A DNA stretch of 64,000 nucleotides from Actinomycetota bacterium (GCA_036847185.1 DAIUAM010000001.1:68989-132988), one strand, 5' to 3'. Shown: positions 9,827 through 18,961, numbered from the stretch's first letter. Program-made: numbers and translations. The notes: generated by a model from the sequence alone, not told the origin.

Positions 9827-10575
9827 CTCGCATCCCCCCGCAGCAGGGCGGTGATTCGGTCGGCGAGCAACCCGTAATCGACCGGACCGACCTGCTTGTA
9901 CGCCACTCGTCCGCCGGGCGAGATGACGAACGTCTCGGGCACGCCGTACACGCCGTAGGCGAGGGCGGTGCTCGATCCCGGATCGGCCGCCAGCGGCCAG
10001 TCCATGTGCAGCTCGGAGGCGAAAGCACGAGAGTTCGATGTCGGGTCCTCGAACGGGATGCCGATCAGCACCACGCCCTGGTCCCGGAACCGCTGCCACG
10101 TGGCCACCAGCGCGTTGTGTTCGATCCGGCAGTCGGTGCACCAAGAGGCCCAGAAGTTGATCACCACGACCTGTCCTCGGAACCGCCCGAGCCGGATCGG
10201 TGGCTGCCCCCCACCGGAGAGCGCGGGCAGGTCGAACCCCGGCGCGGGCTTGCCGGTCAGCGCCGAGTCGATTCGGTTCGGGTCGTTCCTCAGGCCGAAC
10301 CCGAACAGCGCCGTGAGCAGGGCCACCGCGCCGACGACCGAGCCGAACAGGATCCACCGGGAACGCCGCCGGCGGTGGGGCGGCCCGTCCTGCCCGAGCA
10401 AGGAGGGATGCACCGCGGTCTCGGCGCTTTCGGCCGGCTCGGCGCCCCCGGATGACGGAGCGGTGTCCGGCCCCGTCGGCGTCACCGGTTCGCCTTCATC
10501 GGACACCGGCCAGCTCCTTCTCGCGCGGAGCCGGCCGCAGCGGAACGCGCCGACGGCGGTCCGGCCAGGCGGCAA
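9823..10575 (-). CDS. ccmG: Thiol:disulfide interchange protein CcmG/DsbE (thioredoxin-like)
   Basis: TM anchor WILFGSVVGAVALLTALFG, then a thioredoxin fold with WASWCTDC (WCxxC) and GVPETFVISPGGRV. The start could instead be the GTG at 10506 just downstream of the ccmF stop. Confidence 0.85.
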   Translation of the reverse strand: MPPGRTAVGAFRCGRLRARRSWPVSDEGEPVTPTGPDTAPSSGGAEPAESAETAVHPSLLGQDGPPHRRRRSRWILFGSVVGAVALLTALFGFGLRNDPNRIDSALTGKPAPGFDLPALSGGGQPPIRLGRFRGQVVVINFWASWCTDCRIEHNALVATWQRFRDQGVVLIGIPFEDPTSNSRAFASELHMDWPLAADPGSSTALAYGVYGVPETFVISPGGRVAYKQVGPVDYGLLADRITALLRGDAR

Positions 10576-12493
10576 AGACGCCGCCCAGCGCCATCACGCC
10601 CCCGCCCACCCACAGCCACATCACGCCTGGGTTCAGGAAGAGCCGGAACGTCGCCTGCTGCCCGCCATTCACGAACCCCAGGACCGTCGTGTAGAGGTCA
10701 CGGAAGACGCCGTACTGGATCGAAGGGGTCCCGATCGGGTCGTTCGGCGCCGAGGGATAGAGGTTGAGCGAGGGGTGGACGAACCCCTCCACCCGCCGGT
10801 CCCGGAAGACCGTGAGGTCTGCGACCGTGACCGTGCGCTGCGGCTGCTGGACCACCCGGAAGCCGTCGTAGCGAAGGGCGTAGCCCTGGAACCGGACCTG
10901 CTGGCCCCTGGCCAGCGTCACCTCGGTCTGGTGGGCGAACGAGGTCGACACCGTGATGCCCGCCGCCGCCAGCGCCACGCCCAGGTGCACGACCAGACCC
11001 CCGTACAGCCTCCGGTTGCGCCCGAGCGCTCTCGGCACGGCCCTCGCCGGCCTGGTGCCGGTGGCCTTCGCGAAGGCCCGCACGCCCCGGAGGATCTCCC
11101 CGAGGTTCGCCACGAACACGAAGGCGGCCATGCCCAGGGCCGCGATCGCCGCAAGGTTCCGGAGGCCGGCCACGGCCAGAGCGGCGATCGTGAGCGCCCC
11201 CGCTGCCGACGGCACCGTCACCCGCCGACGTGCCTGTTCGGGCGTTGCGCTCCGCCACGGCAGCAGCGGGCCCACGCCCATGAGGAATAGCAACAGCAGG
11301 AACAGCGGGATGGTGGTCTGCCTGAAGTACGGCCCCCCCACCGTGACCTGGCGGTTCGTCAGCGCTTCGACGATCAGCGGGAAGATCGTCCCCAGCAGCA
11401 CGACGAACGTGATGCCCAGCAGGATCAAGTTGTTGCCGAGGAACGCCGATTCGCGGGACAACGCCGAGTCGAAGCGGCCCTCGGACCGCAGCCGCCAGGA
11501 CTGCGCGGCGATCAGGCCGAACCCTCCCAGCAGCACCAGCACCAGCAACCCGAGGTACATCGGGCCGACGGGCGACTTGGCGAACGCGTGGACGCTGGAC
11601 AGGATCGACCCGCGGGTGAGGAAGGTCCCGAACGTGGTCAGGGCGAAGGCCCCGACCACCAGCGAGAGGTTCCAGACCTTCAGCATGCCGCGGCGCTCCT
11701 GGATGACGACGGAATGCAGGAACGCGGTGGTCATGAGCCACGGCAGGAGCGCCACGTTCTCGACCGGGTCCCACGCCCAGTAGCCGCCCCACCCCAGCAC
11801 GTCGTACGACCACAGCGCGCCCAGCACCAGCCCGACGGTCAGCGCGATCCACGCGAACAACGCCCACCGCCGGGTCAGCCGCACCCACCGGTCCGACACC
11901 GTCCCGCTGATGAGCGCGGCCACGGCGAAGGCGAACGGCACGGTCATCCCGATGAACCCGAGGTACAGGAACGGGGGGTGGACGGCCATGAGCGGGTGGT
12001 TCTGAAGGAGCGGCAGCGGTCCCGCGCCATCGGCCGGAACGGTCGTGAACGTGGCGAACGGCCGGGTCGGCCCCAGGACCAGCACCAGGTAGAACACCGA
12101 CACGCCGAACAGCACGGCCATGGCCAGCGGGAAGGTCTCGGGCCTCCGCGTCCGGAACCGCCACGCGACGGCGGCGATGAACCCCGCCAGGATGAGGTTC
12201 CACAGGAGCAGTGAGCCCTCGTCCGCCGACCACAGCGCCAGGACCTTGAAGAAGGTCGGCGTGGCGCGGCTCGAGTTCTCGGCGACGTACTTGATCGAGA
12301 AGTCGTTGGCCAGGATGGCGGCCAGCATCGCCCCGTTCGCCGCCGCAACCACGCCCAACAGCGAGAACGCGGTCGTCCGGGCGCTCTCCACCAGCAGGGC
12401 GTTTCGCTTCCGCCACCCGATCACCGACGCGGCCAGACCGTACAGCGACAGCATCAGGCCGAGGATCAGCGCGAACGTCCCGAGCCTGCTCAT
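10496..12493 (-). CDS. ccmF: Cytochrome c-type biogenesis heme lyase CcmF
   Basis: 665 aa polytopic membrane protein with the WWD-domain signature WGGYWAWDPVEN and conserved His residues. ATG at 12493 is immediately downstream of the ccmE stop. Confidence 0.9.
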   Translation of the reverse strand: MSRLGTFALILGLMLSLYGLAASVIGWRKRNALLVESARTTAFSLLGVVAAANGAMLAAILANDFSIKYVAENSSRATPTFFKVLALWSADEGSLLLWNLILAGFIAAVAWRFRTRRPETFPLAMAVLFGVSVFYLVLVLGPTRPFATFTTVPADGAGPLPLLQNHPLMAVHPPFLYLGFIGMTVPFAFAVAALISGTVSDRWVRLTRRWALFAWIALTVGLVLGALWSYDVLGWGGYWAWDPVENVALLPWLMTTAFLHSVVIQERRGMLKVWNLSLVVGAFALTTFGTFLTRGSILSSVHAFAKSPVGPMYLGLLVLVLLGGFGLIAAQSWRLRSEGRFDSALSRESAFLGNNLILLGITFVVLLGTIFPLIVEALTNRQVTVGGPYFRQTTIPLFLLLLFLMGVGPLLPWRSATPEQARRRVTVPSAAGALTIAALAVAGLRNLAAIAALGMAAFVFVANLGEILRGVRAFAKATGTRPARAVPRALGRNRRLYGGLVVHLGVALAAAGITVSTSFAHQTEVTLARGQQVRFQGYALRYDGFRVVQQPQRTVTVADLTVFRDRRVEGFVHPSLNLYPSAPNDPIGTPSIQYGVFRDLYTTVLGFVNGGQQATFRLFLNPGVMWLWVGGGVMALGGVFAAWPDRRRRVPLRPAPREKELAGVR

Positions 12494-13054
12494 CTAGCCC
12501 CCGGTCACGTGCGCCGACGTTGGGGTCACCCCCGGAGCGGGCGGCGTGTAGTTGTCGCTGTGCTTGACCAGAACCGTGTCCGCATGGAACGCGCCATCCC
12601 GCCCGTAGTACCCCTCGACCACGACGCCCTGTCCCGCCCGGAACAGGGACGGCACCCCGCCGCTGTCCACGACCGACATCCGGGTGGTCTCGTCGCTGAC
12701 GACGAACGTGATGTCCCGTCCCTTCGTCTGCACGGTTCCCGGCAGGACGAGCCCGCCCAGCCGGACGCGCTGACCGACCAGCGTCTGCCCCGACCGCAGG
12801 ATCTCGGTCGGCGTCTTGTAGTAGACGAGGTTCCCGCCCAGGCCGCGCGCCAGCACCCAGATCAGCGCGCCGGCGATCACCGCCAGCACGATGGCGATCC
12901 GTCCCTTCTTCACGGTTCGTCTTCCCGCATCTCTCGCGGCTTCCGGGGCGGCCCGGCTCGCCGCTTCAGGTCGAACGTCCACGCCGTACGGCGATGGCCG
13001 CGTTACGAGCCCTGGCCCGGCGGGCCCGCGCGAACAACCTGGCCAGGTAGCCAC
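12494..13054 (-). CDS. ccmE: Cytochrome c-type biogenesis heme chaperone CcmE
   Basis: Single TM IAIVLAVIAGALIWVLA and an OB-fold region. The C-terminal heme-binding motif LVKHSDNYTPP supplies the His and Tyr residues. GTG start. Confidence 0.85.
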   Translation of the reverse strand: MATWPGCSRGPAGPGLVTRPSPYGVDVRPEAASRAAPEAARDAGRRTVKKGRIAIVLAVIAGALIWVLARGLGGNLVYYKTPTEILRSGQTLVGQRVRLGGLVLPGTVQTKGRDITFVVSDETTRMSVVDSGGVPSLFRAGQGVVVEGYYGRDGAFHADTVLVKHSDNYTPPAPGVTPTSAHVTGG

Positions 13055-13122
13055 CCAGCGCAGCGACCGTCACCGCATAGGCCGCGATCACGTAGCCGAT
13101 GTTGTTCGGCGCAGCGCCGAGT

Positions 13123-13902
13123 TCAGCCACGCGCGGAAACCTCCTTCGGTGCGGGCGGGGTCGGCGGCGGCTCGACCGGGGCAGATCGCGGTTCGAGCCG
13201 CGGAGAGAGCGCCTCGCTGATCGCCCGATCCTCCAGGCGCCCGACCCGCAGGCGGAACGTCACCAGGTACGCGTACAGCAGAGTGAACGCCGCCACCCCG
13301 ACCAACAAGCCCGCGGCCATGCTTGCCGCCATGCGGGGCGCGACGTGCAGGAGGGCCGGGGCCTGGTGCTGCGACCGCCACCAGGTCACCGAGAGATGCA
13401 CGATCGGCACGTCGACGAAGGCCACGATCCCGATCGCCGCCGACCACCGGGCCCGCTTCGCCGGGCTGTCCGGGAGGCGGCGAACGGCCAGGTAGCCCAC
13501 GTAGATCAGGAACAGCACCGCCGTGGTGGTCAGGCGCGGGTCCCACGTCCACCAGATCCCCCATGTCGGCTTGGCCCAGATCGAACCGAGCACCAACGTC
13601 AACCCGATGAACAGCACCCCGACCTCGGCGGAGGCGGCCGCCAGCCGGTCCCACCTGATCCGCTTCGTCGCCAGGTAGGCCACGCTCGCCGCGAACACGA
13701 TGAAGAAGGAGAGATAGGCCAGCCAGGCCGAAGGAACGTGCACGTAGATGATGCGGAACACGTTGCCCTCGTCGGCGTCGGGAGGTGTGACCCACAGGCC
13801 CAGCACGGCCGTGGCGATCACGCCGGCCGCGGCGAGCAGGCCGAGCACCTTCTCGCCCCTCCGGGCGGTGAGCCTGCCCATCATCCGTTCGGCGGTGCTC
13901 AT
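13123..13902 (-). CDS. ccmC: Heme exporter protein CcmC
   Basis: Internal ATG at 13902 ([11 protein letters not shown]), six predicted TM helices, and the WGxxWxWD tryptophan-rich motif [12 protein letters not shown]. The upstream 95 codons of ORF 13123..14187 overlap ccmB and were rejected. Confidence 0.85.
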   Translation of the reverse strand: MSTAERMMGRLTARRGEKVLGLLAAAGVIATAVLGLWVTPPDADEGNVFRIIYVHVPSAWLAYLSFFIVFAASVAYLATKRIRWDRLAAASAEVGVLFIGLTLVLGSIWAKPTWGIWWTWDPRLTTTAVLFLIYVGYLAVRRLPDSPAKRARWSAAIGIVAFVDVPIVHLSVTWWRSQHQAPALLHVAPRMAASMAAGLLVGVAAFTLLYAYLVTFRLRVGRLEDRAISEALSPRLEPRSAPVEPPPTPPAPKEVSARG

Positions 13903-13912
13903 GGGACGTGCC

Positions 13913-14587
13913 TCAATCCTCCAGCAGGTAGGGATAGACCAGCGTACCGGCTGCCAGGAACACCAGGTCGAACGCCACCAGCAGTCCCAGCCACCCACCG
14001 GCCTGACCGCCTCGCCCCGTCGTCGCCAGGCTGGTGGCCTTGACTCCCGCCACCAGGACCGGCGTGGCCAGCGGCAGCACCAGGAGCGGGAAGATCGCCT
14101 CCCGAGCCCGCGGGGATTCGGCCAGGACGCCGAACAGCGACCCCACCGCGGCCAGCCCGACGGTCCCCAGCACGAACGCGCCGGCAAGCACGAAGGGCGC
14201 CCCCCCGAGCGACAGGTCGAACAGCCCCACGACCAGCGTGATCACCGCGACCTCCAGCGCCAGGAGCTGCGCGGCGACGGCCGCGGCCTTGCCCAGGAAC
14301 ACGGCGGCCTTGTCCATCGGCGCCAGCAACAACCCCTCCAGGGCTCCGTCCTCTCCTTCGGCCTCGTAGGCCCGGCGGAACGCCAGGACGGATGCGAAGA
14401 GCACCGCCAGCCACAGCAGGCCGGGCGCGGTTTCCTGGAGGAGCGTGCGTCCCGGGCCCAGAGACAGCCCGAACACGATTAGCAGGGTCCCCGCGAACGG
14501 CAGGATCGCGCTCAGCGCGTAACGTCCGCGAAGCTCGATCCGCAGGTCCTTGGCCGCCATGGCCACGCTCTGCCGAAGGAGGTTCAC
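13913..14587 (-). CDS. ccmB: Heme exporter protein CcmB (ABC permease)
   Basis: 224 aa polytopic membrane protein of CcmB family length and hydropathy. Its start overlaps the ccmA stop by 4 nt. Confidence 0.8.
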   Translation of the reverse strand: MNLLRQSVAMAAKDLRIELRGRYALSAILPFAGTLLIVFGLSLGPGRTLLQETAPGLLWLAVLFASVLAFRRAYEAEGEDGALEGLLLAPMDKAAVFLGKAAAVAAQLLALEVAVITLVVGLFDLSLGGAPFVLAGAFVLGTVGLAAVGSLFGVLAESPRAREAIFPLLVLPLATPVLVAGVKATSLATTGRGGQAGGWLGLLVAFDLVFLAAGTLVYPYLLED

Positions 14588-15291
14588 GAGGAAGCCGACC
14601 CTGCGGGGACCAGCCGTCCGCCGTCCATGAGCAGTGTCCTCCCGGCCATGTCTCCCCGGCCCGGGTCGTGCGTGGCCAGGATCACCGTTCGGCCTTCGGC
14701 TCCCGCATCCCGCACCGCGTCGTCCACGACCTCCTTGGCTTCTTCGTCCAGCCCCGCGTACGGCTCGTCAAGGAGCAGGAGCTCGGGACGGCGGAGCAGC
14801 GCCCGGGCGACGGCGACCCGCTGGCGCATCCCCTGCGAGTAGCCGGACACCCGGTCGTCGGCCGCGTCGGCCAGACCCGCCCGCTCCAGCGCCGGCCCGA
14901 CCCGCGATGGGTCGAGGCCGTACAGCGTGCACACGAACCGCAGGTTCTCCCGCGCCGTCAGGTCTTCGTACAACCGCGTGCGGTGCCCGAGCAGCTCGCA
15001 TCGCCGCCGGATCTCGTCGCGGTCGCGAAGGAGATCGAACCCGAGCACCGAGCCGCTCCCGTAGGTCGGCGAGAGGGCCGTGGCCACGATCCGGAGTAGC
15101 GTGCTCTTCCCGGCGCCGTTCGGCCCCCGCAGCAGCAGCGTCTCTCCCCGTTCGACCCGGAGGCCCACCCGGACCACAGCCGGGGCGACGCCGAACACGC
15201 GCGTCACGCCCGACAGCAGGACGGCCGGAGTGGCCGGGTCGGCCGCCGGGCTGCCATGGGTGCGCGGAGCGTCCACGGTGCGGGGAATCAC
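14584..15291 (-). CDS. ccmA: Cytochrome c biogenesis ABC transporter ATP-binding protein CcmA
   Basis: Walker A GPNGAGKST, ABC signature SGYSQGMRQRVAVARAL, Walker B LLLLDEP and H-loop ILATHD. GTG start at 15291 chosen (VIPRTVDAP...). The upstream 190 codons of ORF 14584..15861 are Arg/Ser/Cys-rich junk overlapping the next gene. Confidence 0.78.
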   Translation of the reverse strand: MIPRTVDAPRTHGSPAADPATPAVLLSGVTRVFGVAPAVVRVGLRVERGETLLLRGPNGAGKSTLLRIVATALSPTYGSGSVLGFDLLRDRDEIRRRCELLGHRTRLYEDLTARENLRFVCTLYGLDPSRVGPALERAGLADAADDRVSGYSQGMRQRVAVARALLRRPELLLLDEPYAGLDEEAKEVVDDAVRDAGAEGRTVILATHDPGRGDMAGRTLLMDGGRLVPAGSASS

Positions 15292-15364
15292 GCAGGCCAA
15301 GGCTACCGCAGAGCCCTTCCCTGTGAGGCATCGAGGAACCGCGTCGCCCCGGCCGGTCTTTAGG

Positions 15365-16753
15365 TCATCCGGAGGGTGACGAGCAGCTGGCCAGCCAGTC
15401 CTCGACGCCACCGCGGGCGACCGCACGGACCGGGATGCCCGCCCCGGCCAGCAAGCTGGCCGCCATGGCCGAACGGTGCCCGGAGGCGCAGATCGTCCAC
15501 ACCGGTCCTTCGAGCCCCAGCTCGGCAACCTGGGGCAGGCGTTCGGGAAGGTCGCCGACGAACAGGTGCACGCTGTCCGGGATCCGGCCGGCGTCCCATT
15601 CGCCCTGCTGACGGACGTCCAGCACGGCCGGTCCCCGCCCCGACCGGATCTCCCGGCAGAGATCGTCGACGGTTGCCACCGGATAGCTCGCCAGCTCCAG
15701 GCCGGCCCGGTGCCATGCTTCGACCCCACCGTCCAGGAACCCGAGCACGTGCTCGTACCCGACCCGCAAGAGCTGGATGACCGTTTCGGTCGCGGCGCCG
15801 GACGGCTCGAACGGCAGGACCAGCACCAGCGGCGCGTCGAAGGGCACCAGCCAGCCGACATAGCTGCCGAACGCAGGGTCGAGCTCGACGTTCAGCGAGC
15901 CCGGGATGTGGGCGCCGGCGAACGCCTCCCTCGCGCGGGCATCGACCACCCACACCCCCGAACCCAACAGCCCGGCGGCCCGTTCTGGAGTGAGCGCCGG
16001 CAGCTTCGGGATCGAACCGAGCACGCGAGGACCGGCGCGGTTGATGACGGCCATGTGGCGGTAGTACGCGGGAAACGAGGGCAGGCCCTCCAGCGCCTCG
16101 CGGACGAACGTCTGCTCGTCCGGCGCCCGGAGCGCGGCGTTCCCGTCATGTTCGGCACCGATCGTCGATGACCGGGACTTCGGCGCCGGGCCGGCCCCGC
16201 AGAAGCTGCCGGCGCCGTGCGTAGGGAGCACCCGGGTGTCGGCGGGCAGCGCGGCCAGACGCCGCAGGGTCCGGAACTGGGCCCGGGTCGATCCATCGGT
16301 CTGCTCCGGCCCCAGGAGGTCGGTTCGGCCGGCCCCGCCGACCATGAGGCTTCCCCCCGAGAACACGGCGGCCGGCTCCTCCACGCCGTCCTCGAACACG
16401 AGGTACGCGAGGTGCTCCGGCGTGTGCCCGGGCGTCTCCATGGCCACCAGCCGGATGCCGCCGAACCGCACCTCGTCGCCTTCGCGCAGCGGCCGGTGAT
16501 CGAACGCGTACCGACCCCTTGCCGGCGCGCCGATCTCAGCCCCGGTGGCGTTGCGAACCTCCACCGCGCCCGACACGTAGTCGTTGTGCACGTGCGTCTC
16601 CAGCACGAACCGGATGGCCACGTCCCGGCCGGCGGCTCGGGCCAGGAACCTGCCCGCGTCCCGTTGCGGATCGATCAGCGCCGCTTCACCGCCCGAGCTG
16701 ACGAGATACGTGGTGTCGCCGAGCCCGCGGGTCACGATCAGGTCGAGGTCCAT
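15365..16753 (-). CDS. MBL-fold metallo-hydrolase fused to two rhodanese domains (persulfide dioxygenase/sulfurtransferase-like)
   Basis: ATG 16753 (MDLDLIVTRG). The MBL motifs HVHNDYVSG and ETPGHTPEH are present. Two rhodanese modules follow, the second with the active-site Cys loop ICASGHRSAMAA. Confidence 0.8.
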   Translation of the reverse strand: MDLDLIVTRGLGDTTYLVSSGGEAALIDPQRDAGRFLARAAGRDVAIRFVLETHVHNDYVSGAVEVRNATGAEIGAPARGRYAFDHRPLREGDEVRFGGIRLVAMETPGHTPEHLAYLVFEDGVEEPAAVFSGGSLMVGGAGRTDLLGPEQTDGSTRAQFRTLRRLAALPADTRVLPTHGAGSFCGAGPAPKSRSSTIGAEHDGNAALRAPDEQTFVREALEGLPSFPAYYRHMAVINRAGPRVLGSIPKLPALTPERAAGLLGSGVWVVDARAREAFAGAHIPGSLNVELDPAFGSYVGWLVPFDAPLVLVLPFEPSGAATETVIQLLRVGYEHVLGFLDGGVEAWHRAGLELASYPVATVDDLCREIRSGRGPAVLDVRQQGEWDAGRIPDSVHLFVGDLPERLPQVAELGLEGPVWTICASGHRSAMAASLLAGAGIPVRAVARGGVEDWLASCSSPSG

Positions 16754-17114
16754 GACACTTCTCCGGCAGCCGGATGAGCGTGCCGAACGGCCCACGGGCG
16801 GGGCATCGGCGATCCTCAGGCTATCTCATCGCCTGTGGAAGGCGAAGCGTCTTGATTTGCGGGATCTCTCGGGCCCGCGCGAGACTGGTCCGGCCCGCGC
16901 CCGTCCACGCCCCGGGCCCGCGCGATGCCCGTGAACCGCACGACCGACGAACGGAGGGCGCCCACGCATCGCCGTCCCAGCCGCCACCGAGTCACCCGGT
17001 TGCTGTCGGCGTCGCCACCGCTGACCTTTTTTCCGCCGGGGGTGGGTCAAGCCCGCCGGATGGGGAAGAAAAGAGTGTCGGGTGGCCGACATAGTCTCCG
17101 GATCGAAGGTCCCC

Positions 17115-17513
17115 ATGGAGATCTCCACCAGGTTCGCCCTGAACGCTCGAGCACCAGGCGCGGCACGGCACTGGCTCGATCAGCTCGCTGGCGTCCTCCC
17201 CGGTGGCCGGCTCGACGACCTCCGGCTGGTGGTGTCCGAGCTGGTCACGAACTCCGTGATCCACTCGGATTCGCCGGGGCCCGACCGGGTCGACGTCAAG
17301 GTCCAGGTGCTCCCGGACCGGGTCCACGTGGAGGTCGTCGACTTCGGCCGGGGATTCGTGGCGGGCGTGAAGCGAGGTCCACCCGACGAGGGAGGCCGGG
17401 GCCTCGCCATCCTCCAGGGCATCGCGGACAGGTGGGGCGCCGAACGCTACCGTGAGACGATGGTCTGGGCCGAACTCTCCCTCCACAGAAGCCCGACCAC
17501 CACCGTCGCTTGA
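17115..17513 (+). CDS. Anti-sigma regulatory factor / HATPase_c-type Ser-protein kinase (RsbW-like)
   Basis: The GHKL ATPase fold is indicated by ELVTNSVIHS (N-box) and GRGLAILQGIADRWG (G-box). About 130 aa. No STAS or sigma-factor partner is adjacent. Confidence 0.6.
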   Translation: MEISTRFALNARAPGAARHWLDQLAGVLPGGRLDDLRLVVSELVTNSVIHSDSPGPDRVDVKVQVLPDRVHVEVVDFGRGFVAGVKRGPPDEGGRGLAILQGIADRWGAERYRETMVWAELSLHRSPTTTVA

Positions 17514-17519
17514 TCTCGG

Positions 17520-18287
17520 CTAGTCCAACCCGTCCGGCCCGTCCGGCCCGTCCGGCCCGGTCGAACCGTTCGGCCCGATGAGCCGCTCGTACTCCTCGCG
17601 AACCGCCGCGTAACACTCGCACGACGCCTCTTCGAGCGCCGCCCGATCCAGCACTGTGATGTGACCCCGCCGGTAACGCACCAGGCCCGCGTTCTGCAAC
17701 GTGCGGGCAGCCACCGTGACCGACGGGCGGGTCACCCCCAACATGTCCGCCAGGAACTCCTGGGTCAGTTCGATCTCATCGCCCTCGACCCGGTCGTGGG
17801 TCTCCAGGAGCCACCGGGCGCACCGCTGCTGGATCTCGTGGGCACCGTTACACGCCACGCTCTGGGAGATCTGGGCGAACACCACCTGGGTGTAGGCGAA
17901 CATGAGCGAGGGGAGCTTGCCTTCGGCCACCATCTCGGCCCGGAAATGGTCCACGTCCATGGTCAGGCACTCGCCGGGGACCTGCGCCATCGCGATGAAG
18001 TGGCCCAAGCTCCCACCCCCGAACAGAGCGTGCACACCGACCATGCCCTCGCGTCCGATGGTGGCGGTCTCGAGCGCCCGGCCATCCGCCAGGGGGATCA
18101 TCAGCGAGATCACGCCCGACAGGGGGAAGTAGACCTTGCGGATCCGCGCCCCGGGCTCGACGAGCATGTCGTGCGGCGTGAGCGGCATTCGAGCCATGCT
18201 CGAGGCGAGGTGGTCGCGCTCTCCGTTCGGGAGTTCGGCGAGCAGGCGATTGCGCGCGAGATCCGACGCGCGAAGAGGAGACGACAT
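17520..18287 (-). CDS. Crp/Fnr family transcriptional regulator
   Basis: cNMP-binding beta-roll (YFPLSGVISLMIPLADGRALETATIGREGMVG) plus C-terminal HTH (TQEFLADMLGVTRPSVTVAARTLQNAGLV). The C-terminal tail has a GPDGPDGPDG repeat. Confidence 0.8.
   Translation of the reverse strand: MSSPLRASDLARNRLLAELPNGERDHLASSMARMPLTPHDMLVEPGARIRKVYFPLSGVISLMIPLADGRALETATIGREGMVGVHALFGGGSLGHFIAMAQVPGECLTMDVDHFRAEMVAEGKLPSLMFAYTQVVFAQISQSVACNGAHEIQQRCARWLLETHDRVEGDEIELTQEFLADMLGVTRPSVTVAARTLQNAGLVRYRRGHITVLDRAALEEASCECYAAVREEYERLIGPNGSTGPDGPDGPDGLD
17529..17560. repeat. Tandem 9-nt repeat (cccgtccgg x3.5) encoding GPD tripeptide repeats at the Crp regulator C-terminus
   Basis: Direct reading of ccaacccgtccggcccgtccggcccgtccggcccgg. 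It is in frame with the minus-strand Crp-family gene tail ...GPNGSTGPDGPDGPDGLD*. Confidence 0.6.
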
Positions 18288-18694
18288 GGCCCATCCCTCG
18301 ATTCGGGAGACTCATCGGGCAGGGCCGAGAAGGCGGCTGGAGGTGAGAGCCCGTCTGGGGGCCAAGAGCCGGCAAGCATCCGGTGGCTTGGAGAAGACCC
18401 TACTCGTTCCGCCCTGGTCCTGGCAGTGCGTCCTCGGGTTCGACCGGTTCGAAGCCGCCGCTGGCCGTGCGCCTGATCTCGTGGGTGGCGGCCGCGCGGA
18501 CCGGATGCAAGCGGTTCCGCCGCAGGCTGCCGAACAATCGCCCCGTGACCGCGAACGCGATCGGTGACGGCCGGGGGAGGGGGCGCGTCCTCGTGCGGGG
18601 GGTCCCTCAAGACTCACGGGAGGGCGGTGTCATCGATGCGGCTAGGCTAACGTCGGGCACGGGAATCCTCAAAGGCACCGGGAAGGACGCTGCG

Positions 18695-18961
18695 GTGGAC
18701 GATTCGTTCGACTGGCTGGACCGGCTCGCCGACGCCCTGGGCGAGCGGCGCATCGAACCCAAGGAGCTCGGCGCGATCCTCAAGCTCTCCCGGCAGGTGG
18801 CGCACGGCGTGCAGCGCCGTCTGGCTCCCGCTTCGGCGTACCTCGCCGGGCTCTATGTCGGCCGCGAAACGGTGGAGGGGACGCCGCTCGAGGATGCGCT
18901 GGCGGAGGTCCTGGCCGCGGCCGGGGCTCAGCTTCCGGAAGCGGCGCCGGACGGCGAGTGA
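18695..18961 (+). CDS. Small conserved hypothetical protein immediately upstream of and overlapping the 5-FCL/fdhD genes
   Basis: GTG 18695 is preceded by ggaagga. The 88-aa protein reads VDDSFDWLDRLADALGERRIEPKELGAILKLSRQVAHGVQRRLAPASAYLAGLYVGRETVEG. A GTGA overlap with the next gene suggests co-translation. The upstream 104 codons of ORF 18383..18961 were rejected as low-complexity. Confidence 0.4.
   Translation: MDDSFDWLDRLADALGERRIEPKELGAILKLSRQVAHGVQRRLAPASAYLAGLYVGRETVEGTPLEDALAEVLAAAGAQLPEAAPDGE

Noticed and set aside
9288-10028. N-terminal 247 codons of ORF 8313..10028
   Set aside because: This part overlaps ccmH and ccmG on the same strand in another frame and is Arg/Pro/Gly junk. 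The CcmI-like protein has a clean ATG plus TM start at 9287.
10698-12416. 572-aa minus-strand ORF in alternate frame of ccmF
   Set aside because: It sits in the same region as ccmF, whose frame carries the WWD and TM signatures. This frame is Arg/Gly/Pro-rich.
15292-15861. N-terminal 190 codons of ORF 14584..15861 (putative long CcmA)
   Set aside because: Cys/Ser/Arg/Trp-rich nonsense overlapping the 3' end of the MBL-rhodanese gene. CcmA homologues have only ~30-45 residues before Walker A.
16868-16930. Three copies of ggcccgcgc in the MBL-rhodanese / anti-sigma-kinase intergenic region as a regulatory repeat
   Set aside because: The motif is a GC-only 9-mer that is likely to occur by chance in 70% GC DNA. 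Spacing is irregular (16 and 22 nt). It is mentioned only as a weak observation.
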